From the IMG/VR virus record IMGVR_UViG_3300008108_004834, positions 1-64,000 of that record: DNA of 64,000 nt. One strand, 5' to 3'. A program made the position numbers and the translations under genes. The DNA is from a virus. Positions within the stretch are counted from its first letter, which is position 1. Every line of letters begins with the position of its first letter. The notes beneath the pieces are model-generated. The model was given only the letters and a program-made list of their open reading frames with translations. It searched no databases and had not been told where the DNA came from. Of the stretch, positions 24,944-35,465 are shown one piece after another.

Positions 24944-26193
24944 TGTCACACTTATATAATCCATGGAAACCAGAAGATGATGCTTTTGGTAGATTAAGAA
25001 CATCAAATCCATATACTCTTGGAGATTATAAGCATCTTTATTCCATTGACCCGGATTTTGTAGATGTGAAAGTTGGTACGGGAGCAACTATAACTTTTGA
25101 TGTAAATCAAGCTGCAGCAATTTTAAGTTCTGGTATCAGTACTAATGGATATACTATTCACCAGACAAAAAGATATCATCATTACATGCCCGGTAAATCT
25201 CAATTGATTTTCTCTACATTTAATTTTGGTGCAGCACAACAAAATGTATATAAGAGAACTGGATACTTTGATGATAGAGATGGTATTTTCTTTGAACAAG
25301 CACCAGATGGAACTTTGAGTTTTGTAATTAGATCTTATGTAACCGGTATTGCTTCAGATAGAAGAGTTACTCAATCCGAATGGAATAGAGATAGGTTGAA
25401 TGGACAAGACCCTTCTGGATTTACATTAGATATTACTAAAACTCAATTGTTCTTTACTGACTTTGAATGGTTGGGTGTTGGTAGAGTTCGTTGTGGATTT
25501 GCACTTGATGGTAAGAATGTTGTCTGTCACGAATTTTATAATGCAAATCATATTCCAACAGTTTATATGTCCAATCCAAATCTTCCAGTAAGATGTGAGG
25601 TTAGAAATACTGGAACGCAAGTAGGTGCTGGTGGTTCCTTTATTCAAATTTGTTCTACTGTAATGAGTGAAGGTGGATATGTAGAGGCAGGTAGAGAATT
25701 TTCGCATACAACAAATCTTAGAACTGTTGGTGTGGGTACTACAGTTCCTATTATTGCAATTAGACTCAAGAATTCATATAAAGGATATCCAAATAGAGCA
25801 ACAGTAAAACTTGAAGATGTTTCTGTGTTTAGTAATGGATCAAATGTAAAATATGAAGTTGTAAAATTTAGAAGTTCTGTTGGAATTAATACAACAGGAA
25901 CTTGGGAATCTGAGAATACAGAATCAGTTGTTGAATTTAATCAATCTGCAACTGGAATTAGTACTGCGTATTTTGAAGACTTTATGGGTGGTTATGCTGC
26001 AGGAGAAAGTCAAAACTCACAAAAACCAACGGCAACAACTGCAGATGCTCAATCTGGACCAACATCTAAGAAAAATTATATAACACAAAATTTTGATTCA
26101 ACGGACTCAGAACTCTTTTCAGTCCGAGTAAGTAATATAGGTGATGCTAGTACCAATGTAGGTGTCTCTATAAGGTGGAGAGAAATTTATTGA
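24943..26193 (+). CDS. probable virion structural protein
   Basis: DAFGRLRTS, YMPGKSQ, EWLGVGRVRCG; beta-rich. Confidence 0.6.
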   Translation: MSHLYNPWKPEDDAFGRLRTSNPYTLGDYKHLYSIDPDFVDVKVGTGATITFDVNQAAAILSSGISTNGYTIHQTKRYHHYMPGKSQLIFSTFNFGAAQQNVYKRTGYFDDRDGIFFEQAPDGTLSFVIRSYVTGIASDRRVTQSEWNRDRLNGQDPSGFTLDITKTQLFFTDFEWLGVGRVRCGFALDGKNVVCHEFYNANHIPTVYMSNPNLPVRCEVRNTGTQVGAGGSFIQICSTVMSEGGYVEAGREFSHTTNLRTVGVGTTVPIIAIRLKNSYKGYPNRATVKLEDVSVFSNGSNVKYEVVKFRSSVGINTTGTWESENTESVVEFNQSATGISTAYFEDFMGGYAAGESQNSQKPTATTADAQSGPTSKKNYITQNFDSTDSELFSVRVSNIGDASTNVGVSIRWREIY

Positions 26194-26237
26194 GGGGATG
26201 GGGGGACACCTTTGAAACTGGACCCTCACCAGGCCCC

Positions 26238-26271
26238 TTGACGGACGGGTGAAGTTCTGTTACAATAAATA
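26238..26271 (+). promoter_or_regulatory. composite early (sigma70) and late promoter of psbA
   Basis: TTGACG-17nt-TACAAT overlapping AATAAATA. Confidence 0.7.
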
Positions 26272-26309
26272 CATACACGGGTTAAGGAATGTAACGATTT
26301 CTAATCCGT

Positions 26310-26427
26310 GTCTTCTCCAACCGGGATCAAGAGAAGTAAAGCATCCCTCATATCCACATCGGAGGGTGATGTGGAGATATTTCGTACCATTCAGTACCCC
26401 CTGAATTACTACTTACCCTTTTAACAA
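26310..26427 (+). ncRNA. PhotoRC-II-like psbA 5' UTR motif
   Basis: CCCTC..TCCACATC-GGAGGGT-GATGTGGA pseudoknot potential; position upstream of cyanophage psbA. Confidence 0.6.
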
Positions 26428-27510
26428 ATGACTGCTACAATTGCTTCACGCCGTTCTGGCGAAAACCTCTGGGAATCTTTCTGCCAGTGGATTACTTCAA
26501 CCGATAACCGTCTTTATGTTGGTTGGTTCGGTGTTCTAATGATTCCGACGTTGCTTGCTGCGACTACTTGCTTCATTATCGCATTCATCGGTGCTCCTCC
26601 TGTGGACATTGATGGCATTCGTGAACCAGTCGCTGGTTCTCTGATGTACGGAAACAACATCATCTCTGGTGCCGTTGTTCCTTCCTCTAATGCTATCGGA
26701 CTTCACTTCTATCCTATCTGGGAAGCAGCGAGTCTTGATGAATGGCTTTACAACGGTGGGCCTTTCCAACTTGTTGTATTTCACTTCCTGATTGGCATTT
26801 ATGCTTACATGGGACGTGAATGGGAACTCTCTTACCGTCTAGGTATGCGTCCTTGGATCTGCGTTGCTTACAGTGCTCCTGTTGCTGCTGCTTCTGCTGT
26901 ATTCCTGGTCTATCCTTTCGGTCAAGGTTCTTTCTCTGATGCAATGCCTCTTGGTATTAGTGGAACTTTCAACTACATGCTTGTTTTCCAAGCAGAACAC
27001 AATATTCTGATGCACCCCTTCCACATGCTTGGAGTTGCTGGTGTGTTCGGTGGTTCTCTGTTCTCTGCGATGCACGGTTCGCTTGTAACCTCTTCGCTGG
27101 TTCGTGAAACTACTGAGAACGAGTCACAGAACTATGGTTATAAGTTCGGTCAAGAAGAAGAGACCTACAACATTGTTGCTGCTCATGGTTACTTTGGTCG
27201 TCTTATCTTCCAATATGCTTCGTTCAACAACTCACGTTCACTTCACTTCTTCCTTGCTGCCTGGCCCGTTGTAGGCATCTGGTTCACTGCTCTTGGTGTT
27301 TCCACGATGGCATTCAATTTGAATGGCTTCAACTTTAACCAGAGCATCACTGATAGTCAGAACCGTGTAGTAAATACTTGGGCTGATGTTCTAAACCGTG
27401 CTGGACTCGGATTAGAGGTGATGCATGAGAGAAACGCACACAACTTTCCTTTGGACCTTGCTGCTGTTGAGAACACACCTGTTGCCTTGACTGCTCCAAC
27501 CATCGGTTGA
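26428..27510 (+). CDS. psbA: photosystem II D1
   Basis: full-length, intronless, unmistakable sequence. Confidence 0.99.
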   Translation: MTATIASRRSGENLWESFCQWITSTDNRLYVGWFGVLMIPTLLAATTCFIIAFIGAPPVDIDGIREPVAGSLMYGNNIISGAVVPSSNAIGLHFYPIWEAASLDEWLYNGGPFQLVVFHFLIGIYAYMGREWELSYRLGMRPWICVAYSAPVAAASAVFLVYPFGQGSFSDAMPLGISGTFNYMLVFQAEHNILMHPFHMLGVAGVFGGSLFSAMHGSLVTSSLVRETTENESQNYGYKFGQEEETYNIVAAHGYFGRLIFQYASFNNSRSLHFFLAAWPVVGIWFTALGVSTMAFNLNGFNFNQSITDSQNRVVNTWADVLNRAGLGLEVMHERNAHNFPLDLAAVENTPVALTAPTIG

Positions 27511-27536
27511 GTTTCTTAAAACAGAATACTTCACGA

Positions 27537-27561
27537 AAGAGACCTTCGGGTCTCTTTTTTT
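27537..27561 (+). terminator. intrinsic terminator
   Basis: AGAGACC-TTCG-GGTCTCT plus T run. Confidence 0.85.
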
Positions 27562-27606
27562 ATGCTATAATGCATAAATAGTTCCATACCAAACTTCCAT
27601 ACCATA

Positions 27607-27972
27607 ATGAAAACTTGTAGCAGATGCGGGCAAACAAAAGAACTTGATGGGTTCTCTAAAAGAAGCAGCAGACCTTCTGGTGTTCAATCAAAGTGTAAGG
27701 ACTGTGAACGGGAAGTTCGTAGGCAGTACTATAAGACCCACGAATATGCCAGACGTAGATTTAAACTTACTGAAGACCAATATAATGACCTGATGAAAAA
27801 TGAGAAATGTCAAATATGTAATGTAGAACTAACAAAGAAATGTATAGACCACTGCCACTCTACAAATAAGGTTCGTGGTGTTCTCTGCAATAACTGCAAC
27901 ACGGCTCTTGGTCTTGTAGGAGATAATATAGATACCTTACAAAAAATGATTCAATATCTAAATGTCTCATAA
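27607..27972 (+). CDS. endonuclease VII-family free-standing homing endonuclease (F-CphI-like)
   Basis: CQIC...IDHCHSTNKVRGVLCNNCNTALG; own late promoter 27573. Confidence 0.85.
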   Translation: MKTCSRCGQTKELDGFSKRSSRPSGVQSKCKDCEREVRRQYYKTHEYARRRFKLTEDQYNDLMKNEKCQICNVELTKKCIDHCHSTNKVRGVLCNNCNTALGLVGDNIDTLQKMIQYLNVS

Positions 27973-28078
27973 TACTCAACACGAACCTATGCCAAACTGG
28001 GTAATCTGGGCAGGCATAGGTATGCTAGTTTTCATAGTTCTCGTATTTGTCCTGTTCACCCTTGGGCAGATTTATTGA
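27962..28078 (+). CDS. small membrane peptide
   Basis: MSHNTQHEPMPNWVIWAGIGMLVF... Confidence 0.45.
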   Translation: MSHNTQHEPMPNWVIWAGIGMLVFIVLVFVLFTLGQIY

Positions 28079-28156
28079 GAATAAGCAATAATACTCATTG
28101 ACTCTTTTGTTAAGAAGTGTTAACATAAATACAACAAATCTTAATGGAGGGATTTT

Positions 28157-28390
28157 GTGATTGGCAATCTTGAACCTGAAGAAAATGTTCTTCAATGGTT
28201 TGAACAAACTTCGGATGAGCCTTATACTCGTCACGATTATAAAATAGTTTATACCAATAAAAAACCTGTAGTTTTTGATAACTATGAGGACTTTAGGAAA
28301 TCCTGGTGGGAAACTCCTAATCAGTTTTTAAGTCACAGTGAAGTTTTAGATCACAAAGAAAAGAAAAATAAATCTGGAGGATTTAAATAA
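28157..28390 (+). CDS. conserved cyanophage hypothetical
   Basis: GGAGG RBS, GTG start, ends GGFK. Confidence 0.65.
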   Translation: MIGNLEPEENVLQWFEQTSDEPYTRHDYKIVYTNKKPVVFDNYEDFRKSWWETPNQFLSHSEVLDHKEKKNKSGGFK

Positions 28391-28392
28391 CA

Positions 28393-29454
28393 ATGGTTTC
28401 ATCAACGCTCACACAACCTATTTCACGGAGAGGATGGTTTGATGTCTTGGATGACTGGCTTAAACGAGATCGCTTTGTCTTTGTGGGTTGGTCTGGATTA
28501 CTTCTTTTTCCCACTGCTTATCTGGCCCTTGGTGGCTGGCTTACTGGCACAACGTTTGTTACTAGTTGGTACACCCACGGGTTGGCGTCTTCTTACCTTG
28601 AGGGCGCTAATTTCCTCACAGCAGCTGTGTCAACGCCTGCTGATGCTATGGGTCATTCTCTTCTTCTACTTTGGGGCCCTGAGTCTCAAGGGGATTTCGT
28701 CAGGTGGTGCCAACTTGGCGGACTCTGGCCTTTTGTGGCACTCCACGGGTCTTTCGCTCTAATTGGATTCATGCTTCGTCAGTTTGAGATTGCTCGTCTG
28801 GTAGGCATCCGTCCTTACAATGCAATCGCATTCTCTGGTCCTATTGCCGTATTCGTTTCTGTATTCCTGATGTATCCACTGGGTCAATCCAGTTGGTTCT
28901 TTGCTCCCTCCTTTGGAGTCGCAGCAATCTTCAGGTTCCTTCTGTTTCTTCAGGGTTTCCACAACTGGACCCTCAACCCCTTCCATATGATGGGAGTTGC
29001 TGGTATACTGGGTGGAGCACTGCTCTGTGCCATTCACGGAGCAACTGTAGAAAACACTCTATTTGAAGATGGTGAACAAGCAAACACATTCAAGGCATTT
29101 GAACCTACCCAGGAAGAAGAAACCTATTCAATGGTTACTGCAAATCGTTTCTGGTCACAGATCTTTGGTATCGCTTTTAGTAATAAGCGTTGGCTGCATT
29201 TCTTTATGCTTTTCGTCCCTGTTATGGGGCTTTGGACCTCTTCAATTGGTATTATTGGGCTTGCTCTTAATCTTCGTGCTTACGATTTCGTAAGTCAGGA
29301 GATTCGTGCCGCAGAAGATCCTGAGTTTGAAACGTTCTATACAAAGAACATTCTTCTGAATGAAGGACTTCGTGCTTGGATGGCACCAGTAGACCAACCA
29401 CATGAACAATTTGTATTCCCTGAGGAAGTTCTTCCAAGAGGCAATGCACTGTGA
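28393..29454 (+). CDS. psbD: photosystem II D2
   Basis: full-length, unmistakable sequence. Confidence 0.99.
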   Translation: MVSSTLTQPISRRGWFDVLDDWLKRDRFVFVGWSGLLLFPTAYLALGGWLTGTTFVTSWYTHGLASSYLEGANFLTAAVSTPADAMGHSLLLLWGPESQGDFVRWCQLGGLWPFVALHGSFALIGFMLRQFEIARLVGIRPYNAIAFSGPIAVFVSVFLMYPLGQSSWFFAPSFGVAAIFRFLLFLQGFHNWTLNPFHMMGVAGILGGALLCAIHGATVENTLFEDGEQANTFKAFEPTQEEETYSMVTANRFWSQIFGIAFSNKRWLHFFMLFVPVMGLWTSSIGIIGLALNLRAYDFVSQEIRAAEDPEFETFYTKNILLNEGLRAWMAPVDQPHEQFVFPEEVLPRGNAL

Positions 29455-29585
29455 ACCCTCAGTATATTCTGTACTTGGTTCTCTTTGTATTTGCTCTAAT
29501 CATTATTCTCAATGAGGATCATGATAATGATGATGATCAAGATGGGGGAATTTTACAACCCGTTTATTCGCAAGGACAAACTTAA
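29451..29585 (+). CDS. small membrane protein with acidic DDDQDGG motif
   Basis: GTGA coupling to psbD. Confidence 0.5.
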   Translation: MNPQYILYLVLFVFALIIILNEDHDNDDDQDGGILQPVYSQGQT

Positions 29586-29766
29586 AATAAATAAGGGAGT
29601 CCTCTGGACTCCTTTTTTATGCTACTAATACTCACATTCTTCATATTCTTCGGAATCTTCATGTTCGTAGTGTCTCTATTTCCTTGATTCAATATCTTCA
29701 TCCCATAACAATCTGATGACAGTAAAAAAGAACTAGGTATAATTACTAAGGAGTTCTTTTTCTTTT

Positions 29767-30426
29767 ATGAAGATCTTTTTAGATACAGCAGATGTTTCAA
29801 TGATTACTCCAGCATATGACGCTGGACTACTAGATGGAGTTACTACAAATCCCACTTTGATTCTTAAAAGTGGCAGACAACTCCAAGAAGTTATTAGTGA
29901 AATTGCAACAATATTTCCAGAGTTAGAAAGCATTTCGGCAGAAGTCGTTGCTGATACTTCTGAAGAAATGCTTTCGCAGGCACAAAAGTATTACACAATT
30001 TCGCCAGCAGTTACGATTAAAGTTCCTTGTACTGTAGAAGGATTGAAGGCTTGTAAGCATCTTTCTTCACTTGGAATCAAAACAAATGTAACTCTTGTGT
30101 TCTCTGTAGCACAAGCAATTCTGGCATCAAAGGCAGGGGCAACTTATATCTCACCATTTGTTGGAAGATGGATGGATAATTCTGTAGACGGTATTGAACT
30201 CATCAAGAATATTCGTGAGGTGTTTGACCGTTCATATACTCCTACAGAAATTCTTGCTGCATCTATTCGTGACGTAAGGCAAGTAGAATTGTGTGCAAAG
30301 TATGGTGCAGATGTAGTCACAATTCCTCCAATTGTCTTCTGGTCAATGTATAAGAACATTATGACTGAGAAAGGTTTGGAGCAATTTGATAAGGATTGGA
30401 AAGAAGTTCTTAAAGAAAAGGAATGA
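29767..30426 (+). CDS. talC: transaldolase (TalC/FSA type)
   Basis: FLDTAD, GVTTNPTL, IKVP, NVTLVFS, SPFVGR. Confidence 0.96.
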   Translation: MKIFLDTADVSMITPAYDAGLLDGVTTNPTLILKSGRQLQEVISEIATIFPELESISAEVVADTSEEMLSQAQKYYTISPAVTIKVPCTVEGLKACKHLSSLGIKTNVTLVFSVAQAILASKAGATYISPFVGRWMDNSVDGIELIKNIREVFDRSYTPTEILAASIRDVRQVELCAKYGADVVTIPPIVFWSMYKNIMTEKGLEQFDKDWKEVLKEKE

Positions 30427-30629
30427 AAAGAGAAGAACAGTGTTGGCACTTCGTAATGTCTTCATTTGCTAGAACATATGGAGTTGAAGTATCTACACGC
30501 GAACAAAAATTTCACGAAATTGCACTTCAATGGTGTGACGATCATAATTATACTTGCGATGTTCATCTGGACGATTTAGATAAAGTTGATTTGTATTTTA
30601 GAAACATTTACGAAAACTGGGAGAATTAA
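30423..30629 (+). CDS. hypothetical
   Basis: coupled ORF. Confidence 0.55.
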   Translation: MKREEQCWHFVMSSFARTYGVEVSTREQKFHEIALQWCDDHNYTCDVHLDDLDKVDLYFRNIYENWEN

Positions 30630-31673
30630 ATGAAAGTAGGGATGATTGGTTTAGGACGAATGGGGGAAGGAATGTCTCGTCGTATGATGAAGGCAGGAAT
30701 TGAAGTCTGGGGTTATAGGAGAAACCTAGATAAGGCAAATGAATCTTTTGAAAAGGGATATGTAAACGGAATTGCAACTTCCATACAAACTCTTGCTCAA
30801 GTAGTAAAACATACCCAGAGTGGAGTATCGGACAAATATGGTCCAGGAATTTTTATGATGGTTGTGCCAGCAGAAAATGTAGAGGAGACAATTAATGAGT
30901 TACTACGATATTGTGACGAAGGAGATATTATTATTGATCATGGCAATAGCAATTTTAAAGACAGTCGGAAGAGAGCAGAACGTCTGGCAAAACTTGGTAT
31001 CCAATATATTGATTGTGGCACTAGCGGTGGTGTTTACGGCCTGGATCGTGGATACTGTCTTATGGTTGGCGGTGGAGATACTGCAGTCGCCACTTGTAAG
31101 AGCATTTTTAATGCCCTTGCCCCAGGAGTCGGTGCTGCCCCAAGGACTGAGTTTGACTCACCTGTAACTTCTGCAGAGCACGGTTGGTTGCATTGTGGTG
31201 GACCAGGCGCAGGACATTTCGTGAAGATGGTGCATAATGGCATTGAGTATGGTATGATGCAGGCATATGCAGAAGGATTCAACATTATCAAGAATGCTAA
31301 CAATGGAGCACAATATGTTAGAGAAGGAGACGCAGAGGTTGCTCCAATGGCAGACCCAGAAAGTTATTGCTATGACATTGACGTTGCTGAAGTTGCTGAG
31401 TTATGGCGTCGTGGTAGTGTCGTTGGTAGTTGGTTACTTGATCTTACTGCTTCTGTGCTGCGAGGCAACCCAAATCTTACACAATTCTCTGGAGGCGTAT
31501 CCGATAGTGGTGAGGGTCGTTGGACTGTCAATGCCGCTGTTGATCTGGGGATTCCTGCTCCTGTCATCACTACTGCCCTTTATGAAAGATTTAACTCAAG
31601 ACTTTTGGGGTCATTCGGAGCAAAAATCTTGAACGGAATGCGTTATATGTTTGGTGGACATTTGACAAGATAA
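30630..31673 (+). CDS. gnd: 6-phosphogluconate dehydrogenase
   Basis: GLGRMG, DCGTSGG, GHFVKMVHNGIEYG, DSGEGRW. Confidence 0.96.
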   Translation: MKVGMIGLGRMGEGMSRRMMKAGIEVWGYRRNLDKANESFEKGYVNGIATSIQTLAQVVKHTQSGVSDKYGPGIFMMVVPAENVEETINELLRYCDEGDIIIDHGNSNFKDSRKRAERLAKLGIQYIDCGTSGGVYGLDRGYCLMVGGGDTAVATCKSIFNALAPGVGAAPRTEFDSPVTSAEHGWLHCGGPGAGHFVKMVHNGIEYGMMQAYAEGFNIIKNANNGAQYVREGDAEVAPMADPESYCYDIDVAEVAELWRRGSVVGSWLLDLTASVLRGNPNLTQFSGGVSDSGEGRWTVNAAVDLGIPAPVITTALYERFNSRLLGSFGAKILNGMRYMFGGHLTR

Positions 31674-31786
31674 AATGTCTGTTGAAATTTGAAAATCAAA
31701 ATTCTTGACCATTTTTCATAAATACTTTATGTTGAGTCAAGAGTATTATAATGATATGCCCCATTATAAAGAGGATTAAAAAAATT

Positions 31787-32197
31787 ATGGCCGACTTTAC
31801 TTCCCGCGTTAAAAGACTATTTGAACTTCTTACTGTAGGTAGAGAAGAACTTCTTGCAGAAAATGCAGACCTTAAAGGAAGACTTGCTGCTGCTTTGGCA
31901 AATGATGCTGCCGATGCAGAAACCGTTGCTGCTGCTGAAGCTGCTGCTGCAGAGGCAGTTGCTGCTGCTACTGCTGCTGTTGCCGAGACCGAAAGACTCA
32001 GAGGACTTGTAGAGGCAGACACCGCTGAGGATGCTGCTCTAGAGGAACTCCTGGGCGCCCTGGAAGCGTCTGTAGCACCCGCCGCAGAGGCACCAGCAGC
32101 ACCCGTAGAGGTTGCTCCTGAGGCACCCGTAGAGGTTCCTGCAGAGGCACCTGTAGAGGTTGTGGAAGCACCAGCAGAAGAACCTGCTGCTGAGTGA
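31787..32197 (+). CDS. Ala/Glu/Pro-rich acidic protein
   Basis: late promoter 31717, GAGGA RBS, terminator 32226-32251. Confidence 0.7.
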   Translation: MADFTSRVKRLFELLTVGREELLAENADLKGRLAAALANDAADAETVAAAEAAAAEAVAAATAAVAETERLRGLVEADTAEDAALEELLGALEASVAPAAEAPAAPVEVAPEAPVEVPAEAPVEVVEAPAEEPAAE

Positions 32198-32368
32198 TTG
32201 ACTTTATAAAACTTACCTAATATACTGGGGGTCTTCGGATCCCCCTTTTTTGTATGATAGATTCAACAACACCATACAAGGTTTCCGAAATCATTAGAGA
32301 TACCTGGCCTAATCTTTATCATCCTCCAAAGGATTATAAACCTCCTTCAAATTATAGGATACTTAAAA

Positions 32369-32632
32369 ATGAATCAAATTCAAAAACTTCAACAGATTGA
32401 ATATACGGACCATTATTCTGTTTTTAATAGAAATGGAAATAAGATTTGTGATTCTGCCACACTTCAGGATGCTCTTTTGATGTGTTCTTTTGATTCCACA
32501 AGAACCTATAAGCAAGTTAAAATTCTTATGGATCAAGTAGTAAATGTTCCATCAACAAGAATGGAAGATGATAAGCAATTGAATGCTCAGAATATACTTC
32601 CAGATAGAGTTGCTGAACCATTTGTTGTTTAA
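32369..32632 (+). CDS. hypothetical
   Basis: ORF. Confidence 0.55.
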   Translation: MNQIQKLQQIEYTDHYSVFNRNGNKICDSATLQDALLMCSFDSTRTYKQVKILMDQVVNVPSTRMEDDKQLNAQNILPDRVAEPFVV

Positions 32633-32667
32633 TCAATAATCTAAATAATTTAAATCGCATTTTTTAC

Positions 32668-33027
32668 ATGCCATTATATTCAACTCCAGAAGAATGTATG
32701 TTTAATCTTGAAACATTTTCTTCAAGTGAGGCGAAACGGAAATGGAAAAATTCAATTAAAGAACATTGGGGAGAATGTGCATATTGTGGATCTGAAAATG
32801 ATTTAACTTTAGATCACATAACTCCCAGATCAAAAGGTGGAAGAGACCGACTTACAAACATGCTATGTGCATGTAGAGACTGCAATATATCAAAAGGACA
32901 TCAATTATGGTCTGATTGGTATTTGAACCAAAGTTTCTTTACAACCGAAAGGTTGAGTGCTATTATTGAGTGGCAGAATCAAATCACCGACAAACACTTA
33001 GAAGTTTACATTCCTAGAAAAATATGA
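32668..33027 (+). CDS. HNH endonuclease
   Basis: CAYCG...TLDHITPRSKGG...N..CAC..CN..K. Confidence 0.88.
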   Translation: MPLYSTPEECMFNLETFSSSEAKRKWKNSIKEHWGECAYCGSENDLTLDHITPRSKGGRDRLTNMLCACRDCNISKGHQLWSDWYLNQSFFTTERLSAIIEWQNQITDKHLEVYIPRKI

Positions 33028-33263
33028 AATTTACAGTTTATTCAAAAGACGGTTGCCCCTATTGCAGCAAGATCAAACAAGTGCTAGAGTTGGCAAACCT
33101 TGAACATGTTGTCTATACTCTTGGGGAGAACTTTGAGAGAGACCAGTTTTATGCTGAGTTTGGACAAGGTTCTACATTTCCCCAAGTAATTTTAAATGAC
33201 CAAGAACATCTTGGTGGGTGTACGGATACTGTTCAATATCTAAAGGAGCAAAATTTGGTCTAA
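33024..33263 (+). CDS. nrdC: glutaredoxin
   Basis: CPYC, TFPQV, GGCTD. Confidence 0.92.
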   Translation: MKFTVYSKDGCPYCSKIKQVLELANLEHVVYTLGENFERDQFYAEFGQGSTFPQVILNDQEHLGGCTDTVQYLKEQNLV

Positions 33264-33622
33264 TGGAAAGTACCTTTCATGAAGTTTATTATGATGTAGA
33301 GAGGGCAATTGATCTTGCCTTTGATGGTCACTTTGTTCTTAAGTTTTATGATTATTTGAAAGTTAAGAGCGTTTTAAAAAGAGAAGTTGTGGAATTTATT
33401 GAGAGTCCTACCGCAAATAACATCAGCAACATCGTAATGGATCTTGATGAATATCTTGAAGGTGGTGCTGACAATATGCATAAGCAACTTCGTGAAGCAT
33501 ATGGACATATTCCAAAACCATACGCAAGAAAAATAAGAAATTACCTTTATGGTATTCTTGAGGATGCCTGGAGATATAATAATGACAAAAGACCAGGGCG
33601 GCGAAAAAAGAAAACTAAATAA
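33263..33622 (+). CDS. conserved cyanomyophage hypothetical
   Basis: QLREAYGHIPKP.ARKI. Confidence 0.7.
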   Translation: MESTFHEVYYDVERAIDLAFDGHFVLKFYDYLKVKSVLKREVVEFIESPTANNISNIVMDLDEYLEGGADNMHKQLREAYGHIPKPYARKIRNYLYGILEDAWRYNNDKRPGRRKKKTK

Positions 33623-33788
33623 ACCTGAACCCCAAATTAATCGGGGAGTTGAACTATTACTACGCAATAGGAGGAAGAAAGCATCCGAACCAAAGACTTT
33701 TCAAGTGAAGTTTGGTAAAATGATTTCTTTCTTCCGCAGAGAGTTTCATTTTTTTATTGAATTTCACTTTGACGTTAAAAAGAAATAA
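33582..33788 (+). CDS. conserved cyanomyophage hypothetical
   Basis: INRGVELLLR. Confidence 0.6.
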   Translation: MTKDQGGEKRKLNKPEPQINRGVELLLRNRRKKASEPKTFQVKFGKMISFFRREFHFFIEFHFDVKKK

Positions 33789-33805
33789 ATTCTCTGGAGA
33801 AAAAA

Positions 33806-34039
33806 ATGGAAACAGCATATGTAATAACATTCACAATAATGTTCACTTTGCTTTTTTTTATGGTAGGAAGTATAATTGGATGGTTGACGTATAGGCATTT
33901 ACTAGAAACAAGACCTCCATATTTACATCCAGAGTTTTTTGATGAAAATGGTCAACTCATACCTGATGAAATAGTATCCGTAAGATTTGAAAACGAAAGC
34001 GATTATGACTACACCGACGAAGACGAAGAAGAAGATTGA
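33806..34039 (+). CDS. membrane protein, conserved cyanomyophage
   Basis: TM helix, HPEFFDENG. Confidence 0.65.
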   Translation: METAYVITFTIMFTLLFFMVGSIIGWLTYRHLLETRPPYLHPEFFDENGQLIPDEIVSVRFENESDYDYTDEDEEED

Positions 34040-34580
34040 AACTCCAGTTGAAAATCTTCCAACAAATCCGTTTGCTTTTGAAGTCTTGGCACTTGTGTCA
34101 AAGCAAAGGACAAATGCGAAAAAAGTAGAACTACTTAAGAAATACGAAGATCCTTCATTAAAAACAATTCTGATTTGGAATTTTGATGAGACTGTAATTT
34201 CGCTTCTTCCACCAGGAGATGTTCCGTATGCAAGTACAGGAGAACAAACATCCTACAGTGGCACTTTGAGTGGAAAAATTGATGATGCCGTCACAAAGAT
34301 GCAAGAGTTGAATTCAAATTCCCTTGGTTCTATGGATCAAGGTAGGTCTTCAATTCGTAAAGAATATCATATGTTCTATAACTTTGTGAAAGGAGGAAAT
34401 GATGGTCTGAGTTCTCTCCGTAGAGAAACTATGTTCATTAATATTCTTCAAGGATTGCATCCTCTTGAAGCAGAAATTGTCTGTTTAGTGAAGGATAAAA
34501 AACTAAGCGACAAATATAAAATCACTAAAGAAATCGTAAGCGAGGCATATCCAGATATTCAATGGGGAGGCCGTTCGTGA
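34005..34580 (+). CDS. conserved T4-like hypothetical
   Basis: RRETMFINILQGLHPLEAE. Confidence 0.75.
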   Translation: MTTPTKTKKKIETPVENLPTNPFAFEVLALVSKQRTNAKKVELLKKYEDPSLKTILIWNFDETVISLLPPGDVPYASTGEQTSYSGTLSGKIDDAVTKMQELNSNSLGSMDQGRSSIRKEYHMFYNFVKGGNDGLSSLRRETMFINILQGLHPLEAEIVCLVKDKKLSDKYKITKEIVSEAYPDIQWGGRS

Positions 34581-34930
34581 GTAAACTTCATGATGTTGTA
34601 AAAAAAGCACAGGAGGAAGTTATGGCAGAGGATGTAAAAAAGGAAAAACAAATTCTGCCAAAAGAATATGGGTGCGAAATTCTTTTAGAAAGAACTACTG
34701 TTGAGAGAGCAAATGATGCTTCTTTTCCTAATGATGCATATTTGATTTGGTATATTGTAGATGGCGTAACATATGTGGATCTGACACGGTGCCATAAGAA
34801 AGTAAATCTATTTGATATGTACTATGATAAGTATGGCCCCGGTTCGGTTCAAAAAATTGATTTTGGATATGGCAGGAAAAACCCAAAACTTTGGGGAGAA
34901 AAACCAGTGGAGAAAAAGAAGAAAAAATGA
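34577..34930 (+). CDS. conserved cyanomyophage hypothetical
   Basis: FD.YYD, GYGRKNPKLWG. Confidence 0.7.
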   Translation: MSKLHDVVKKAQEEVMAEDVKKEKQILPKEYGCEILLERTTVERANDASFPNDAYLIWYIVDGVTYVDLTRCHKKVNLFDMYYDKYGPGSVQKIDFGYGRKNPKLWGEKPVEKKKKK

Positions 34931-35139
34931 CTGCAGGATTTGGCGGACAAGGAAAAGAAAATAGGATTGGTAAGGATGCCAATATTACTATAGATTTAGA
35001 CAATATAGATATTGTTTTGAAGCAGTACAAAAAAATTAAAAAATACCAAAAATCATCTCTGTATGCTATCAAAACGATGGACGGCACAGAAGATATTGTG
35101 AGTTCATTGATTAGAGAAGCAGAGGAGAATCCACTATAA
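34927..35139 (+). CDS. hypothetical
   Basis: coupled ORF. Confidence 0.55.
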   Translation: MTAGFGGQGKENRIGKDANITIDLDNIDIVLKQYKKIKKYQKSSLYAIKTMDGTEDIVSSLIREAEENPL

Positions 35140-35465
35140 TGGGAAAGCATTATCTTTTAAACCTTTACGAATGTTCTTTTTTATTACTAAATGACGAGAA
35201 CTTTCTTATTGATTTGTTGGAAAATGCTGCGATAGCAAGTGGTGCCACAGTATGTCAAACAATCCACAAAAAGTTTGAGCCTCAGGGAGTTACTGTACTT
35301 TGCCTACTTTCTGAAAGTCATATCAGTATCCATACTTGGCCAGAAGAAGGAAAGGCTGCGTGTGATGTTTATTGTTGCGGTGATGCCAATCCCAAGATAG
35401 GTTGTGACATCATTATTCAACAATTACAATCTCAAAATCATACTTTGAGTTACATAGAAAGATAA
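35139..35465 (+). CDS. speD: S-adenosylmethionine decarboxylase proenzyme
   Basis: FEPQGVT, LSESHISIHTWPE. Confidence 0.95.
   Translation: MGKHYLLNLYECSFLLLNDENFLIDLLENAAIASGATVCQTIHKKFEPQGVTVLCLLSESHISIHTWPEEGKAACDVYCCGDANPKIGCDIIIQQLQSQNHTLSYIER

Noticed and set aside
26428-29454. Group I intron in psbA or psbD
   Set aside because: Both ORFs are continuous and of normal length.
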